The notes below the pieces were generated by a model. That model ran no database searches. It was not told the origin of the DNA and saw nothing but the letters and a program-made list of their open reading frames with translations. A program made the position numbers and the translations under genes. A stretch of DNA of 63,973 nt, the filler included, from Basidioascus undulatus (Eukaryota): assembly GCA_000826855.1 (NCBI GenBank). It is 4 parts of 4 records of this genome, joined end to end, with 100 filler letters (N's around TTAATTAATTAA, not from the genome) between each part and the next. Parts side by side here need not be neighbours in the genome. Positions count along the whole stretch, not along the records: positions 1 to 16,201 come from JTLS01000601.1; positions 16,302 to 32,490 come from JTLS01000602.1; 2 more parts are not named here. The stretch is one strand, 5' to 3'. Position 1 is the first letter of the stretch; each line of letters opens with the position of its first letter. Below are positions 12,102 through 25,576 of this stretch, one piece after another.

Positions 12102-14553
12102 ATGTACGCCCGGGCGCTCCTCCGCTCGTCGGGCCTCCGCTCTGCCCGCGCACCAGAGGTCGCCAGGCCGCTGCGAAGGGTAAGCTCCCCAAAGCTCAGT
12201 GATCCATTCCGGATTCCTTTCTTTCGCGGGACTGATCTGGCTTTCTCTCGGAATATTACAGCGCCTGGCAACAGCGCCTCCCACACAACCGGCTGGCGCG
12301 ACGACTTCCTCCCATCCCGCTCCTCCCCCGCCCTCGACCAAGCCCCGTCGCCCCTTCCGTCGCTTCCTGCTGACGACCACCCTCCTCGCCGCGACCTTTT
12401 ACGGCGTGTCGACGTACGTATCTCTCAATAACGATGACTACGCCGAATTCTTCACCGCGACCTTTCCCGGCGCCGAGTCCCTCATCGAGCTCCTCGAGCG
12501 CACCGACCTCGCGTCTTCCGCGTACAAGCTCGACTCGATCGACTTTGGCTCACTGAGCGATATGGCCGCGCAGGCGGCCGCGGTGGGCAAAGACGCGTAC
12601 AAGCGCGTGGAGGAGGCCGTCAACCGCTCCATTGGCTCGGCTGAGGACAAGGCGCAGGCGGGCGGCAAGGAGGTTCAGGCCAAGACCGGCACTGTCGTCG
12701 AGTCCGCCAAGGAGAAGGCTGGTGAGCTCTCGGACAGCGTCAAGGAGCTCGTGCACAAGGCGGAGGCCGCCCTGCACCCCTCCTCTTCCGCGCCTCAGGG
12801 CAGCCCCGACACCGCGCCGCCTCGCACGCTCGAGGCGCCCGCAGAGACCTTTGGTACCCTCAAGCGCGAGGAGGCCACCATCCGCGAGCCTCTTCCCGCC
12901 GAGATCGAGTCCGCTGCCAATGCGGCTGCTGCGGCGCAGGATGCAGACAAGGCGGACGAGCCGCTCCCGTCGGCGGGCAAGACCAAGGAAGGCAAGAAGA
13001 TCTACAACGGCCCTCCCCTCCCCATCGGCTTCTCCCTCCCCCCGGGCTACGTCCTCCCTGAGCCCGCCCACACCGAAGTGTCCGCTGCGACCCCTCCAGT
13101 CCCCGCCGTCGCCGTTGCCGTCCCCGAGCCCGCGCCCGAGCACCCTGCGCCTGTGGCTGAGCCCGCGCCCCTCCCGCTCGTCGCACCCGCGGTCATCGAG
13201 CTCTCCGCATCCGAGCCCGTCATCGCCCAGCTGGCGGAGACGATCGACAACCTTGCGCAGTTCCTGCGCGAAACACCCGCGGCCGCCACGTCCGCGCGGG
13301 GCGTGATCGAGACTGCGCAGCTTGACCTCTCCGCGCTCGGCGACCGCCTGAACGCGATCAAGGAGGAGGAGAAGAAACGCCTCGAGGAGAGCTTGGATGC
13401 GCAGGCGCGCGAGTACTCCAAGATGCTCCTTGAGCACGAGCGCGACATCCAGTCCAAGGTAGACAAACAGGAGGCCGACTGGCGCTCTCAGTTCGATGAC
13501 GAACGTCGCAAGCTTGTGGATGCGTACAAGGACAAGCTCTCCGCGGAGCTCGAGACTCAGAGCGAGCTCATCAACCAGCGGTGAGTCGCGGAAGGCTGTT
13601 CAATCTTCCCAAGCCGGCTTTCTGATGCATCAGGATGGGATCGCAGTCTCAAGGAGCAGGTTGTCGCGCAGGGCGTCGAGATGCAGCGCCGCTGGCTGCG
13701 TGACATCAAGCTCAAGGTCGAGCAAGAGCGCGGGGGGCGTCTTGCGAAGCTCGAGTCGCTCGCGAACGATGTCAAGAATCTGGAGCAGATCACGTTCGAC
13801 AACGCGGCGTACCTGGACGAGAACTTGCGCGTGCACACCCTGTGGTCCGCGCTGCGCGCGCTCGAGCGCGCTGTCTCTGTCCCGCTCGCAGGCGCGGCCG
13901 TGAAGCGTCCGTTCCGGGACGAGCTGCGCGCCCTGCGGCGCGCGCTCGTCGATGGCAAGGACGACGATGTCATTGCGGCTGCGCTCGGGCAGCTCGAGGC
14001 GTCCGACGCCCCTGACACGGGTGTCGAGAGTCTCGGCGACCTCACCGCGTGGTTCAGCCAGAAGGTCGAGCCCAAGGTCAGGCAGGTCGCGCTCGTGCCC
14101 GAGGAGGACGCGGGCGTGCTCTCCTTCCTCGCATCCGCGGCCCTCTCGAACGTCCTCTTCCGCAAGAAGGGGCTCGTGCCCGGCGAGGATGTGCCGAGCG
14201 TCTTGGCGCGCGCGGAGTACTACTTGCAAGAGAAGGATCTGGACGCGGCGGCGAGGGAGCTGAACCAATTGACGGGTACGTCCTTCCTCTCCTCTTTCCG
14301 CTGTGTGCACTGGAGCGAATCAGGTGAATCACTTCTCGTGCCTAGGGTGGGCGAAGGTGCTGCTGTCGGACTGGCTGCGGGAAGCCCGCAAGACGCTGGA
14401 GGTGCAGCAGGCATTGGACGTACGTCTTCTTCCGTTTCTCAGCCGCGCCCGGCTTTCCTTCGCCCCTTCTTTGCCCCTACTCACGCACTAGTTTCCGGGT
14501 CCATGCAGATTGCCGAGACGGAGGCGACGCTGGCGTCTCTGCTCGTTATCTGA
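12102..14553 (+). CDS. MIC60: MICOS subunit Mic60 (mitofilin)
   Basis: Arg-rich presequence, TM segment FLLTTTLLAATFYGVSTYVSL, long coiled coil, MQRRWLRDIKLKVEQERGGRLAKL, and mitofilin domain [40 protein letters not shown]. Confidence 0.95.
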
Positions 14554-14972
14554 GGGACGGTGTAGATGATGATCAAAATTCTTTTGCGCGTGCACGGACT
14601 TGCCTAGATACCATTCGACCTGCAATGCCGCGTGATCGCGTCCTGCCTGGCTTGCGTTTACCTTGGCAGGCAGGTGGAAGGCCGAGTGGGCAGCGCAGTT
14701 ACGGCAAGACCTGTTCAACGGTACTTGCAGATGGATCCAGCGAGCAGGGGTGTAGATCGGCGTGATGCCAAAAAGAAATGATCAGGAAACCGCGTACACT
14801 TCCTGCAACTACCTTCGGCAAGCAATCCGTGGCCTCCACTCCATGCAGTTCACAATTCGTTCATGTACATAGCTATCGTCGGTTACGTCACTTGGACAGC
14901 GTTTGATCGTCGAGCTACGACCTCTTCCTTTCCATCACCATCTCCGCTTCGACTTTACAGGGCTTCGCATCT

Positions 14973-16032
14973 ATGTCCGCGCAGCGCGCAATCCAGACTA
15001 TGCCAAGCATGCTCTACGGCACGGCGTGGAAGAAAGAGCGGACGGCGGACCTTGTCGTCCAGGCGGTCCTTCAAGGCTTCCGTACGTTTGACTTGCTAGG
15101 GTGACAAGGGAAAGAACACGCGTAATGCAGCCGCTGCCGTCTCCAAACAGGTGGCATCGATACAGCATGTCAACCAAAGCATTATCGGGAGGACCTGGTG
15201 GGTGCCGCGCTCACCCGCCTGGCCTCAGAGCACGGCATCCCGCGCTCCTCGCTCTTCCTCCAAACAAAGTACACGCCGCTGCCGGGGCAAGACCCGTCTC
15301 AGCCGCTGCCTTACGATCCCTCCAAGCCCGTTCGCGATCAAGTCCTCCAGTCTTTCGCCACGTCGCTGCGCAACCTCCAGACCAACTACCTCGACTCGCT
15401 CGTCCTGCACTCGCCGCTGCCCGATGGGGAGGTGTCGACCCTCGAGGCGTGGAGGGCAATGGAGGCGCTCGTAGGAGAAGGCAGGGTAGGGACCCTCGGG
15501 ATCAGCAACTGCTATGATCCCGGGACGCTGGAATGGATATGGGAGAGGGCGAAAGTCAAGATTGGGGTGGTGCAGAACAGGTAAGTGAAGCGCTTCTTTG
15601 CGCCGTTCCACGAGCAGCAGTCTGATGCCTGATTTATCAAGATGGTTCGAAGGAAATCGCTGGGACCATGCAGTGGTAAGGTGGTGCAAGTCGAAGAACG
15701 TGCCATACCAGTTGCGTCTCCGCAGCGTTCTTCATGAAGAGCCAGGACTTGCTCATTTGAGATTCTTTGTCCCGCGCAGATCATTCTGGACGCTCTCCGG
15801 CTCTCCGAGCCTCCTCCAGCATCCGCTTCTCCTGGCACTCGGAGAAAAGCATGGCCTCACGCCTGCTCAAGCGGTCTACGGGCTCACACTGTCATGGGGA
15901 ATCAGGCCGCTGAGCGGGACGACGAGCGTGGAGCACATGCAGGAGGATGTGCGGATTGCACAGCAGTACAAGCGGGTGGATTGGGGGAAAGAGGGCGAGG
16001 ATATCGAAAGGCTCGTGCTTGGCCATGCATGA
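14973..16032 (+). CDS. Aldo/keto reductase family protein
   Basis: MLYGTAWKKERTADLVVQAVLQGFRGIDTACQPKHYRED, LFLQTKYT, SLRNLQTNYLDSLVLHSP, LGISNCY and PLSGTTSVEHMQED. Confidence 0.9.
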
Positions 16033-16108
16033 AAACAATTAATGAACATCGAGGATGAGGATAAGGGGCAGACGACACCTTGATTGGTCTGGGGAGACGA
16101 GTAAAAAT

Positions 16109-16180
16109 TTCCCCGTCCGGGAATCGAACCCGGGGCTGGGCGGTGAGAACACCCGATGTTAGCCACTACACCAACGAGGA
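16109..16180 (-). tRNA. tRNA-Glu (anticodon CTC), intronless
   Basis: The reverse complement TCCTCGTTGGTGTAGTGGCTAACATCGGGTGTTCTCACCGCCCAGCCCCGGGTTCGATTCCCGGACGGGGAA folds as a cloverleaf. It has A and B boxes and anticodon loop TTCTCAC, and is followed by a TTTTT Pol III terminator. Confidence 0.95.
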
Positions 16181-16201
16181 CATATATACTGTTGGAGATT
16201 G

Positions 16202-16301
16202 NNNNNNNNNNNNNNNNNNNNNNNNNNNNNNNNNNNNNNNNNNNNTTAATTAATTAANNNNNNNNNNNNNNNNNNNNNNNNNNNNNNNNNNNNNNNNNNN
16301 N
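16202..16301. other. Assembly gap with TTAATTAATTAA spacer
   Basis: N run with a central six-frame-stop spacer, the same in all three gaps. Confidence 0.95.
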
Positions 16302-16797
16302 ATGCCTGATGCGGAGCTGGTGGCGCAAGCTGCTACAGTTGGGCGGACGTTCAACGAGGAATATGGTGTGGGGGTGGGCGCGAAGGCGCCGAAAGGGGTC
16401 GCGCAGTAAGGTCGGAAGGGCCGACCATTGAGGGCTGAGGTACCATTGGTTGATACTGCTGGCAGATACCATTGATTTTGAGCGAGACATCTCATGAGCA
16501 CATATGTGCTTCTGAAACACAGGAGTGCTGGATATGTTCGTACTGTTTACCCAAGAGGCAGGAGATCTCACAAGCGAAATCGTGCGTGCGTTGAGTGCCC
16601 ACCTTGAGCCTCGCATGAGATGCCCGAAATGTTTGACGGACGGTAGTACTCTCGTCCATGTCGTTGCACCGCTAGGTATCGTAAGAGAGCTCAGTGCCTG
16701 TCATTTCCAATCCCTCTTGAGAACACTAGCTCAAACAAATAGCTCTTTCCACGAACAGTAGACCGGAGACTGTTACCCCATTCGGAAGCGCTAGAAG

Positions 16798-17770
16798 CTA
16801 GGAGTATGTCCAGATGTACCTATTGACTCTGCCCATTGAGCGCTCATCTCGAACACACCACGACAACAATTTGTAGTCATGCATTCTCTCCTTTGCGGAC
16901 CTCCTCCTGCAAGAGCTACATGCGACCCACGGTGCATCCAGCTCAGAGTCCGGGTTCCGGCAGAAAGCGACCCTCGTGACGACTGTTCTGCTCCTCCGCC
17001 CCCAAAAGCTCACAAATCCTCTCTTCGCAGTTAGAGTCGGATACGCTCCGTATTTGAGCTCGAGAAGTTTTTAGACCTGCGCTGCGAGCGAGTTTCATCA
17101 CGGAATCTTAAGTGCGATGCGGTGCTGTGAAAGCTGTGGTAGATCGGGACTTATGGGTAGGAAGCTGCGATTGAGGAGCCCGTCCTAGGAGTTGTTGGAG
17201 GTACAAGTCATAAGCATCTCCTCGAATGTGCAACTCTCTGAGGTTCGCACTAAAGCCGCTATCTGCGAGAAAGAATGCCAGCTGACGCCGAAGCTCCCAG
17301 GTGCCCGTTACATAGCCGTTGACATGAAAAGCGAACACTGACGGGCAGGACCTGTATGAGATGTGCTAAAAAGGGGCTTTACCGCCTCATCGAATCGAAT
17401 GACGCGTCAAAGCCGTCGAGTCTGACATCCAGTTGCTTGAACGGCCAACAGGCCTTGACGATGAAAACTGTCTCCTCTGCCAGTGGTCCTAAACTAATGG
17501 TGAGGGTGTCTACAAGGGCAGTGAAGTCGGGGCGGCCAACGATGAGCCTCGCGAATTTGGAAATGGACGAATTAGTCAGAAGCTCGATGTTCTGGACGAC
17601 ATGGGTGGCGAGTGACTAGAAAGCGTGCGAGACGGTTCGAAGCGAGAGCAAGAAGGTAATCAAGACGGTTACGACCGCGCTGGCCTTGAGAAACGATATC
17701 TCGGTGACGCGACTGAGGAGCTCTATAACGAAGGGAAGGATCGATATTGTGTGAGGTGGCTGTATCATGC
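16798..17770 (-). pseudogene. Possible decayed F-box-like protein gene
   Basis: ISILPFVIELLSRVTEISF..LLSLRTVSHAF*SLATHVVQNIELL resembles the loose F-box-like N-termini common in basidiomycetes. It has an in-frame stop, and a downstream fragment reads NLRELHI. Confidence 0.3.
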
Positions 17771-18418
17771 TGGTGATCATGGCTCTGGTGAATGCATTGG
17801 GATGCCGCTAAGCAGGGGGTAGCCATTGAGGGAAGATGTCCGTTCAAGTCCTTCCAAGTACCGGAAAAAAGGTGCAACAATTTCAATGTCTTTGATGTCT
17901 GATATATCGTTGAACGGGCATGTAGTATAAGGTGTCGTCGGGACTTCAGTCTGTGGCTAGCACGCTCACTGCTATCTGCGAAGCACGTTTGCAGTCAGTC
18001 CGTGTCTCTTAGTCAGTAACATTCTTCCTTCCACTTTCTGACCTCCAGCCCTAAAAAAGGATTATGTACCATGAAGACAAGTAACGCGGCCCTTTGTTGT
18101 GGCGGGCATGGATCCGTGGTGGCACGTTGTCCGTCCTTACCTTTTTGCCTCCGTCGTCCAGTTCCGAACGTCTACGAGACCCGCGCGCACAAGAGTTCAC
18201 TGCTGTGACAGAGGACTGTTTTGTGGAATGGAATGGTGGATCCTCACGAGCATCCGTTGCAGGCAAATTCGAGGCAACTCATCGGCCTGCAACCCGAACA
18301 TCCGGGGGTTGCCCGAGGAGTTACCGTGTGATCCCACGCCTTGCCCCTTGAACGCGTCCACGCGCAATCAATCGCGCTTTCTCTTCGGCCATCACCTCCT
18401 CCCCAACCGCCATTCTCG

Positions 18419-19908
18419 ATGTCGTCCATCCTTAAAACCAGTCTTACCCGCCTGGGACTCAGTGCGTCCGCTCGCCGTGGTAGTCTAGCAGGCTACAGGC
18501 GATCAGAGGCTGACGCTCTGCTCCCTATATTCTTGGTCTTCCCTCATGCAGTCCCAGCAACGTCCCTGACGGCCCTCTTCTTCTCGGTCGTGGGCCTCGC
18601 GGTCGTCCTTTCTCAGGCGTTCCGCCTCTTCCGCGTTGTTCTTGATCTTGCCGTTCGCCGCGGCACCTCGGTTCGTCTGCTCGAACCCTGCCCCGCCCAC
18701 GTCTCGGCGTACTTACCCTCCTGTGCTTGCACAGCTCAAGAAGTTCGGCGCCGGCAAGGGCGCTTGGGCTGTTATTACTGGCGCGTCTGATGGTATTGGG
18801 CGCGAGTTTGCGTTCCAGCTTGCCAAGGCTGGGTTCAACGTTCTGCTCGCTTCGCGCTCCGCGGAGAAGCTCGGGGTAGTCGCGGCTGAGATTGGTGCGT
18901 TTCCAAAATCCTTAACTTGGACTTTGCAGAGATGAAATCGTAGACTTACGTGCGAGATTTATTCGCGTGGGCTTGGGGAGACAGAGACGAAGTACGGCGT
19001 CCTCACGCGCACGCAGGCGATCGATTTCGCCGCGGGCGAGCCGAAGGCGTACGAGGCCTTCAAGAAGACCATCGACGAGCTCGATGTCGGTGTTCTGGGT
19101 GCGTCTCTTCTCGTGACTTTCTCTTAGCCACGCAAGTGACTGACGGATAGTCGGGCGGCAGTCAACAACGTCGGTCGCTCGCACTCCATGCCCGTGCCGT
19201 TCGAGGAGACGCCTCTGGAAGAGCTGGACAACATCATCGAGATCAACATCAACGCGACCCTGCGCGTGACTCAGATTGTACTTCCCAAGCTTATCGCGAA
19301 GTGCGTTCTTTCCCCATCGTTTCACCCTCACTGAGTCCTTTGACACCTTTCTGCCGCCAACAGCAAGAAGGGCCTGATCCTCAACATCGGCTCCTTCGCG
19401 GGCTACATTCCCTCGCCGTTCCTCGCGACCTACTCCGGCTCCAAGGCGTTCCTCGTTACCTGGACCCAGGCGCTCGCGGAGGAAGTCCGCGAGAAGGGCG
19501 TCACCGTCGAGCTTGTCAACACCTACTTTGTGGTGCGTGTCATGTCCCCTTTCTTCCGCTCCCTTCCGACGCTCCTTTCATCTCCCTTGCCGGCTTTCCG
19601 CTTGCTCACTCGAGTTCGAACCCGCCTCGCAGGTCTCCGCCCTTTCCAAGATCCGTCGTCCGACGTCGCTCATCCCCCTCCCCTCGCCTTTCGTCCGTGC
19701 CGTCCTGCGCCGGATCAACCTCCGTGGCGGAGCGGTCGGCCGGCCGTACACGAGCACGCCGTACTGGAGCCACGCGCTTCTGGACTGGCTGATCGGCGTG
19801 CTCAACCAGCCGGCGGCGCTGATCCGGTACAACGCCGGGATGCAGAAGGACATTCGGAGGAGGGCGCTCAGGAAGGCGGAGAGGGAGAAGGGCGGCAAGA
19901 CCGAGTGA
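18419..19908 (+). CDS. IFA38: Very-long-chain 3-oxoacyl-CoA reductase (17-beta-HSD12-like SDR)
   Basis: [64 protein letters not shown], catalytic YSGSK and C-terminal [13 protein letters not shown]. Confidence 0.93.
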
Positions 19909-20460
19909 AGGGGTGGGGCGCAGGTGGTCGAACACTGACAATCGGGGTCGTTCGCTGCGTGCGGGGCAAGGGGAGACGCACTCTAGGACTGAATTATGTG
20001 CTCTTTCGTGGGAACGAGGACATTACATACCCGTTCGAGCTTGATGTCTGCCTTCAACTTGACAACCGGAGCCAGCGACACATAAGCTCGCGGTTCTGAG
20101 GCAACACAATGCAACACGATTAGCAATCGGCCGATGCTGTGTGTGCAAGGTACAGGTGCAGTTGAAGGGAGGCTGCGTTCCAGCCTTGACACAAGCCCTT
20201 GCAATCCCCACCCCATTTCGGAGCGTAGCTGCTTTCTATTCTACACTTGAACATGGCCTGAAGGGCTCTTGAGAGTCGTCGTTACGGCATCAGCCCTTCC
20301 CTCATGCCGGGCTCGTGCCTGACCGCCAATGCTGAAGTAACTCAACATTTCATTCCAGCTTCCTTCGGACTCACTCGCGCCTTGACGTACCCTGTGCGTG
20401 CGGAAGTGGTGTGCACACGATAACCGGTGAGCACCATAGCAAAGAGAAGGGCGAAGAAAG

Positions 20461-20498
20461 ATGGCGAAGGAGCATGGCGAAGGAGCATGGCGAAGGTC
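20461..20498. repeat. 13-bp tandem repeat (ATGGCGAAGGAGC) x ~3
   Basis: Read directly from the sequence. Confidence 0.8.
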
Positions 20499-20732
20499 AT
20501 CGGATTGTCCTTAATGAAATAGTCAAATCCGACATCTTGGGCTTGGAACATGGTCGGTTCGCCCTATGCCGCGTGCAGTACATGATTCGCCGCAACTTCT
20601 GCTAGAAAGGTGGAATTGGGACAGCACGAATCGCTAAAGACGGGAACGCACAGGCAGGGCAGCAAGGGGGGTAGCGTTCGCAGCTACCGCATCGTTTCGG
20701 TGGGATAACTGCACATGGCCGAACTTCACTCT

Positions 20733-22144
20733 TCAGCGACTATCTGTACTGCGAAAGTAAACGAAAGGGAGACGTGACGCACAGCTCAGTCGGCTCGATC
20801 CCATCCTCTTAGACGACCTCCCGTCCAGAGCCTGGAACGCTTTGATCGTCTCCGCAGACATCCGTGCCTCCCCCGCCTCCGTCAACATCCGCACGAACCA
20901 GTCGTCGCGCTGGCGGAAGACGATCCATAGCGCGCGCTGGCACGGCACGCTCGCGTGCCAGAGGGGGCTCTCGAACGTGAAGGTGTGGATCGTCGCCGGC
21001 GGGTCTGGGGCGGGCGGAAGCTGGAAGTAATCTCCGCAGATGACCAACTGAATACCGCCGAATGGACTGATTGACAAAATGCGATCAACGGATATCTTGA
21101 TGATGGATGAGAATACGGCCTCACGACGTGGTGTTGCGCAGAGCGGAGCCGACGCTGGAGACAAGGGTGAAAAGCCGAGAGTTGACCATGGAGACTGGAC
21201 GGAAGACCGCAGAAGGTCAGCACGATGAGCGCTGTGATCTCTCAAGCGCATGACGATAGGCGGAATGCACTAGTCCCATCCCAATGCGAAAGAAACGAAC
21301 ATTAAGAGGTCTGCGATACGTACTCTCGTCCAGAATCAAATGCCGCAGCAGCAGCGTCAGCTACGTCCCGAGCAGGCAGCAACTGACAAACGTACAGCCG
21401 CACTTCAGTCCACCGCTTCCTCAGATTCTTGCTTGTGCAATGATTTGGCGATCAGGGCCTCCTCCTTGCCCTTAGCCAGGCGGAGTCCTGGACGCAAGAC
21501 CGGCTGACATCAGCGATCGACCAACAAGATGCAGGGACTCGCACTCGTACAGAGGAACCGAATGAAGGGTAACTCCGCCAATGTTGATGGCGGCGATGCC
21601 GGTCGGCGCGCAGACGGCCACCCGCGGGAGCCATGGCGTTGCTTGCAGCCTTTGATGATGGCATGCAGAAGCCGGGATTGGCCGGTGCCCTGTCCGCCCA
21701 CATGCGCGCCCACATCCATCCACCCACCATAATTAGCTAATGGGACGGTCGCGACAGCAGCTTGAAGCGGATGAGACAGAACAGAAATGGTACTCAGCGC
21801 ACAGCTGGTCCGGTGAAAAAGACTGATTGCCCGTCGCGCAAGACGAGGTCGTGGATCTGCCCCGCTCTCGGCTTCTCGGGCAGAGCAAGCAGGGGCGGCG
21901 CAGACGGGGCGGAGTACGGAACCGAGGGTTGAGCGAATGCGGCAGAGGAGGACGAAGCAGAGGCGGTAGTGGTGCCTGGGTAGTACATCGACGAGACAGC
22001 GTCCAGCGCCGCGAGCAGCTTGGATGACGATGACGAAGCTGCCGCTGCGGGAGGTGGCCGCGGCGGTGTAGGCTCGCATGCACGGGTAGAGAGGTCAAAG
22101 AGAGGGTGACGCTGGTATCCGGAGCTGCGAAGGGGGTTGTTCAA
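20733..22144 (-). pseudogene. PIF1: PIF1-family DNA helicase pseudogene (unprocessed, truncated)
   Basis: SVFFTGPA|GTGQS (Walker A K to Q), a frameshift before VAVCAPTGIAAINIGGVTLHS, then PFGGIQLVICGDYFQLPP and VFRQRD. No Walker B or C-terminal helicase motifs were recognisable. Confidence 0.8.
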
Positions 22145-22945
22145 CAGGGCGTCCGACCGGTGGATATGCGCCGCTCACGCACCAGCGTTCGGGTGCGACC
22201 GCCTCGCAAAAGTTCCAACGCGCTGAGGCACAGCTTGACGAAGGAACGCCTCGGCTTCTTGTCGGGTTGGGAATGACTGGTACTTGCAGCCAGGGAGTCT
22301 GGGACCTTGACACTACCAACCAACATCAGCCCTCCGTCCATCTCTGACCGCGCATCTCGCGCGCTAACGCTCGTTGGGTTGCGCTCCAGGAGGCCTGAGT
22401 CACGTTCGACCCACGATGAGAACCCATGAACACGGCAGAACCGAGAACGCAGGCTGAGCTCACCCGAACCAGTCTATGTACATCTTCGACCCCTCCCGAC
22501 CGTTCCTCACAGCGTACTGTCGAATTCCCGCCAAATCAGCCACTCCTACCTTGGGAAAGTCCATATTACGCACATTTCGGGCCTTTGGGTTTTCCCATCT
22601 GGACTTTATGATGGTAGAGAGAGGGAAAGGAAGAGGACGGAGGGGAAAAGGGAGGGACTCGAAGCGCGCCTGAGACGCGTCGCATCCCCGTCTGCTATTT
22701 GCAATCCAAAGCTGCAGTGAGCATCGAATAATATCGTTATTTTTCTCGTCGTGAAAGCTTTCAAGACAAGCTCGGATGCCGGCTTTTATTCGGAAGAATG
22801 CACGTTATGGAGCGAGGCAGAGTGCGACCATCTTCTTCAGGCGAGGAGCAGCTGCCAAGTGCCCACGCATGGCAGAGCTCCGTGTGCAACTTCAATCCTC
22901 GCATGCAAGGTCCTCGTCTATCTCGCGACTCCTGTATCCCGTGCA

Positions 22946-25034
22946 TCAAGCACCCGTCACCTTCTCCACCCTCTCTCTCTCCATCCTCTCCACCCTAACG
23001 TTCTCCATCCGCCTCCCCTCCTCCCACTCCAGCACGCGCATCTCGCGCCTCCCCCTCACCAGCCCCACCAGCCTGCCCACCGCGACCCACCTCCCCAGAT
23101 CCTCCTGCGTCACGCCCCCCGCGCCCGCCTCGCGCCGCATGTCCACGAACGTCTGCTGGATGTGTGCGGAGACGTCGTCGGGGATCTCGAGCGGGGTGGT
23201 GCGTGCGCGGGCGAGGTGCGCGCGCCAGCGCGAGAGGGTCTGCTGAGAGGGTAGTGCTGAGGGGGGCAGGGGGGCGTAGAGCGATTTGGTGGGTTGGATG
23301 GGGTGCACGGGGATGTGTGTCGTCCCTGGGAGCAGCGGCTTCCCGCCCCGGGTAAGGACGACGACGCCAAGGTCCGTCTCGAACTCGAAGCTGCTGAAGG
23401 GGAAGCGGTACGCGAGCTTCTGTGCCTCGAGGACACTCTGCAGCGCTTGGACGTTCCACACGCCCGTGTCCCCCAGCGTCCCCTCGCCCATGCCCGCCTC
23501 GTCGAGGACGAGCAGCGTCCCCCGTGCCAGCTGCAGGAAGCCGGACGTGAGGTCCTCGCCGGACGACGAGGGGAAGAGCGCGGACGTGTTGAGGGTGGGG
23601 ATGGAGAGGGTGAGGGTGGCGGTGAGGGGGTGGAGGAGCGCGAGGAGGGTCGGGAGGGTCGGACGGGATTCGGGAGAAGGTGCAGAGGGGAGGGAGAGCG
23701 AGATGGGAAGCTGGCCCAGGGGAAGCGAAGAGCGGCGGGAATGACTGAGAAAAGGGACGGTTCAGCATGCGAGCACAGTCGAAGAGGAAGATCTAGAAAG
23801 AAGACGCACATCCTGGCTACCAGCGCGAGCAGCACCCACCGCGCGGCCTCCTCGTCCTCCCCAAGTGCATATTCCGCAATCCACCTGACGATCTCCTCCG
23901 CGACCTTCTCCGCATCCGCGTCCGTCTCGTCCGTCTTCTCCCAGCGCACGACGCTTTCCGGCACCTCCTCCGCATGCAACACGTGCACGCAGGCCACGTC
24001 GGCGTTCTCCGCGCGTGGGACGAACAGCTCGTCGTCTGCCCCGGTGGGGTCCTCGAGCGGCGTGGGGAGCGAGGAGGGAACGAGCACGCCCGTGAAGTTG
24101 TAGGTTGCGGTGGGGCGGAGAGCGGTCGTGAGTGCTGGATCATAGGTCTGAGGGAACAAGGGAGAAGATTAGATTATCAAAAGAGAAGTTTTGGCGGAGG
24201 AGTTCCGGACGGAACACACCTTGATGATTGCACCTAGGCCTGACGCGGCGAGAGGCGCTTTTCGACTAGGGCCAGACGAGAATCGGGGAGCAGGGGAAGA
24301 TGATTCCGAGAGGGACAGCGAGCTAGCTCGATCCGCCAGGTCGGAAGGATGGGAGTCAAGGGCCTGCAGATTGCTCCCATACAATGAACGGACTGCCCAA
24401 GATCAATCGGAGAGGGCAGCACCCGTAAGACTCACCTCTTTGACCCACTCAGACTCTCCAGGAATCTCCACAGCGTAGAACAGCCCCCGCTCCCTCAGCC
24501 GCGAGTAGTCATCCTGCCCCCCAAAGTCGCTCTGCACCGCCCGACCACCACAAGCGCCCAGTCCCCTCTCAGCAGCTGCACCCTTGCCGCACATCCAAGA
24601 TGAGTGCGCACCTCGTCCTCCGCGCCCGCGCCGAGCGGCCCGCCAAACATGAGGGTCTTCCCTGAGGGGAGGGCAGAGAGGTACACCTCGTTGCCGTACC
24701 CCGTGTCCTGAACCATGCATCGGAACGAGGCGAGCGTGCCAGGCGTGGACCGCGGCGTGAGAGGTGGGATCTGCTCCGAGGAAGACGTGAGCGGACCGAG
24801 CGACGATTAAGGGGGGCCGCGCACCAGACTCCGCTCTTCGGCTGAGGGAAAGAGGTCCAAGAAATGGTCGAGCACGCGCTGCTCAAAGTCGGTATCGCCA
24901 TGCTCGGCTGGCGGGGGCAGGGCAGGCCGTCAGCTGGGGTGGTAGCGTGGTGGCAGAGGACGGTACGGACCGTAGAGGGTTTGGATGGCCGCAGTGGGGT
25001 TGGCGATGAAAGAATCGCGGCTGCTCGAAACCAT
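22946..25034 (-). CDS. MCMBP: Mini-chromosome maintenance complex-binding protein (MCMBP/Mcb1)
   Basis: MVSSSRDSFIANPTAAIQTLY, RFRCMVQDTG, LRERGLFYAVEIPGESEWV, ALGEDEEAARWVLLAL and DLTSGFLQLARGTLLVLDEAGMGEGTLGDTGVWNVQAL...YRFPFSSFEFETDL. Confidence 0.9.
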
Positions 25035-25576
25035 AGTGATAAATAAGGAAATTTGGCAGGAAGCGAGTACGCTGAGGCGATGGCGGGAGGGAAGGGAGGA
25101 ACAACCAAGAGGAACTGGAGGACCGCGAAGATCGCGTCGGTCATTTATCTGAGACATCCGCTGGACGCGACGCGTCTGACAAGCATTTCTCCATGTTACC
25201 GATCAAGAACCTTTCGTTTCGGACGTACGCTATGTGGATGAGAAAGATAACCATACCAATTCAAGAGGAGAACCGCTGAAAACAAGATCCCCACGCACGC
25301 GACGTTCACGGTGAAAATCGCAAACGGAGCCCGCAAGATCTCTGCAAGCTCCTGTCCAACACAGTGCAGTTAAAAGATCAGATAGTACCCAATAACCTTC
25401 AGAATTATCGAGAAAGTCTGTTTATGTTGGCCTATCAGCAGGAAGCCACAGAGGACTCTCTCGTCCAAGGCAGACACCACGCACGACTGCGTTCTTGTGC
25501 TATTCTCCGCGTGGCTATGGGACTGGTCAGGTCTTAAAAGGCAGCTCTAGCACTGCAGGGCATCGCATAAGCTCGT

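Noticed and set aside
12550..14310. Long antisense and alternative-frame ORFs over MIC60 (similar over TAF1, APL1 and SKN7)
   Set aside because: These are the expected shadow ORFs of high-GC3 coding sequence.
16202..16301. TTAATTAATTAA motif inside N runs (also at 32491-32590 and 48737-48836)
   Set aside because: It is identical in all gaps and gives stops in six frames, so it is an assembly spacer.
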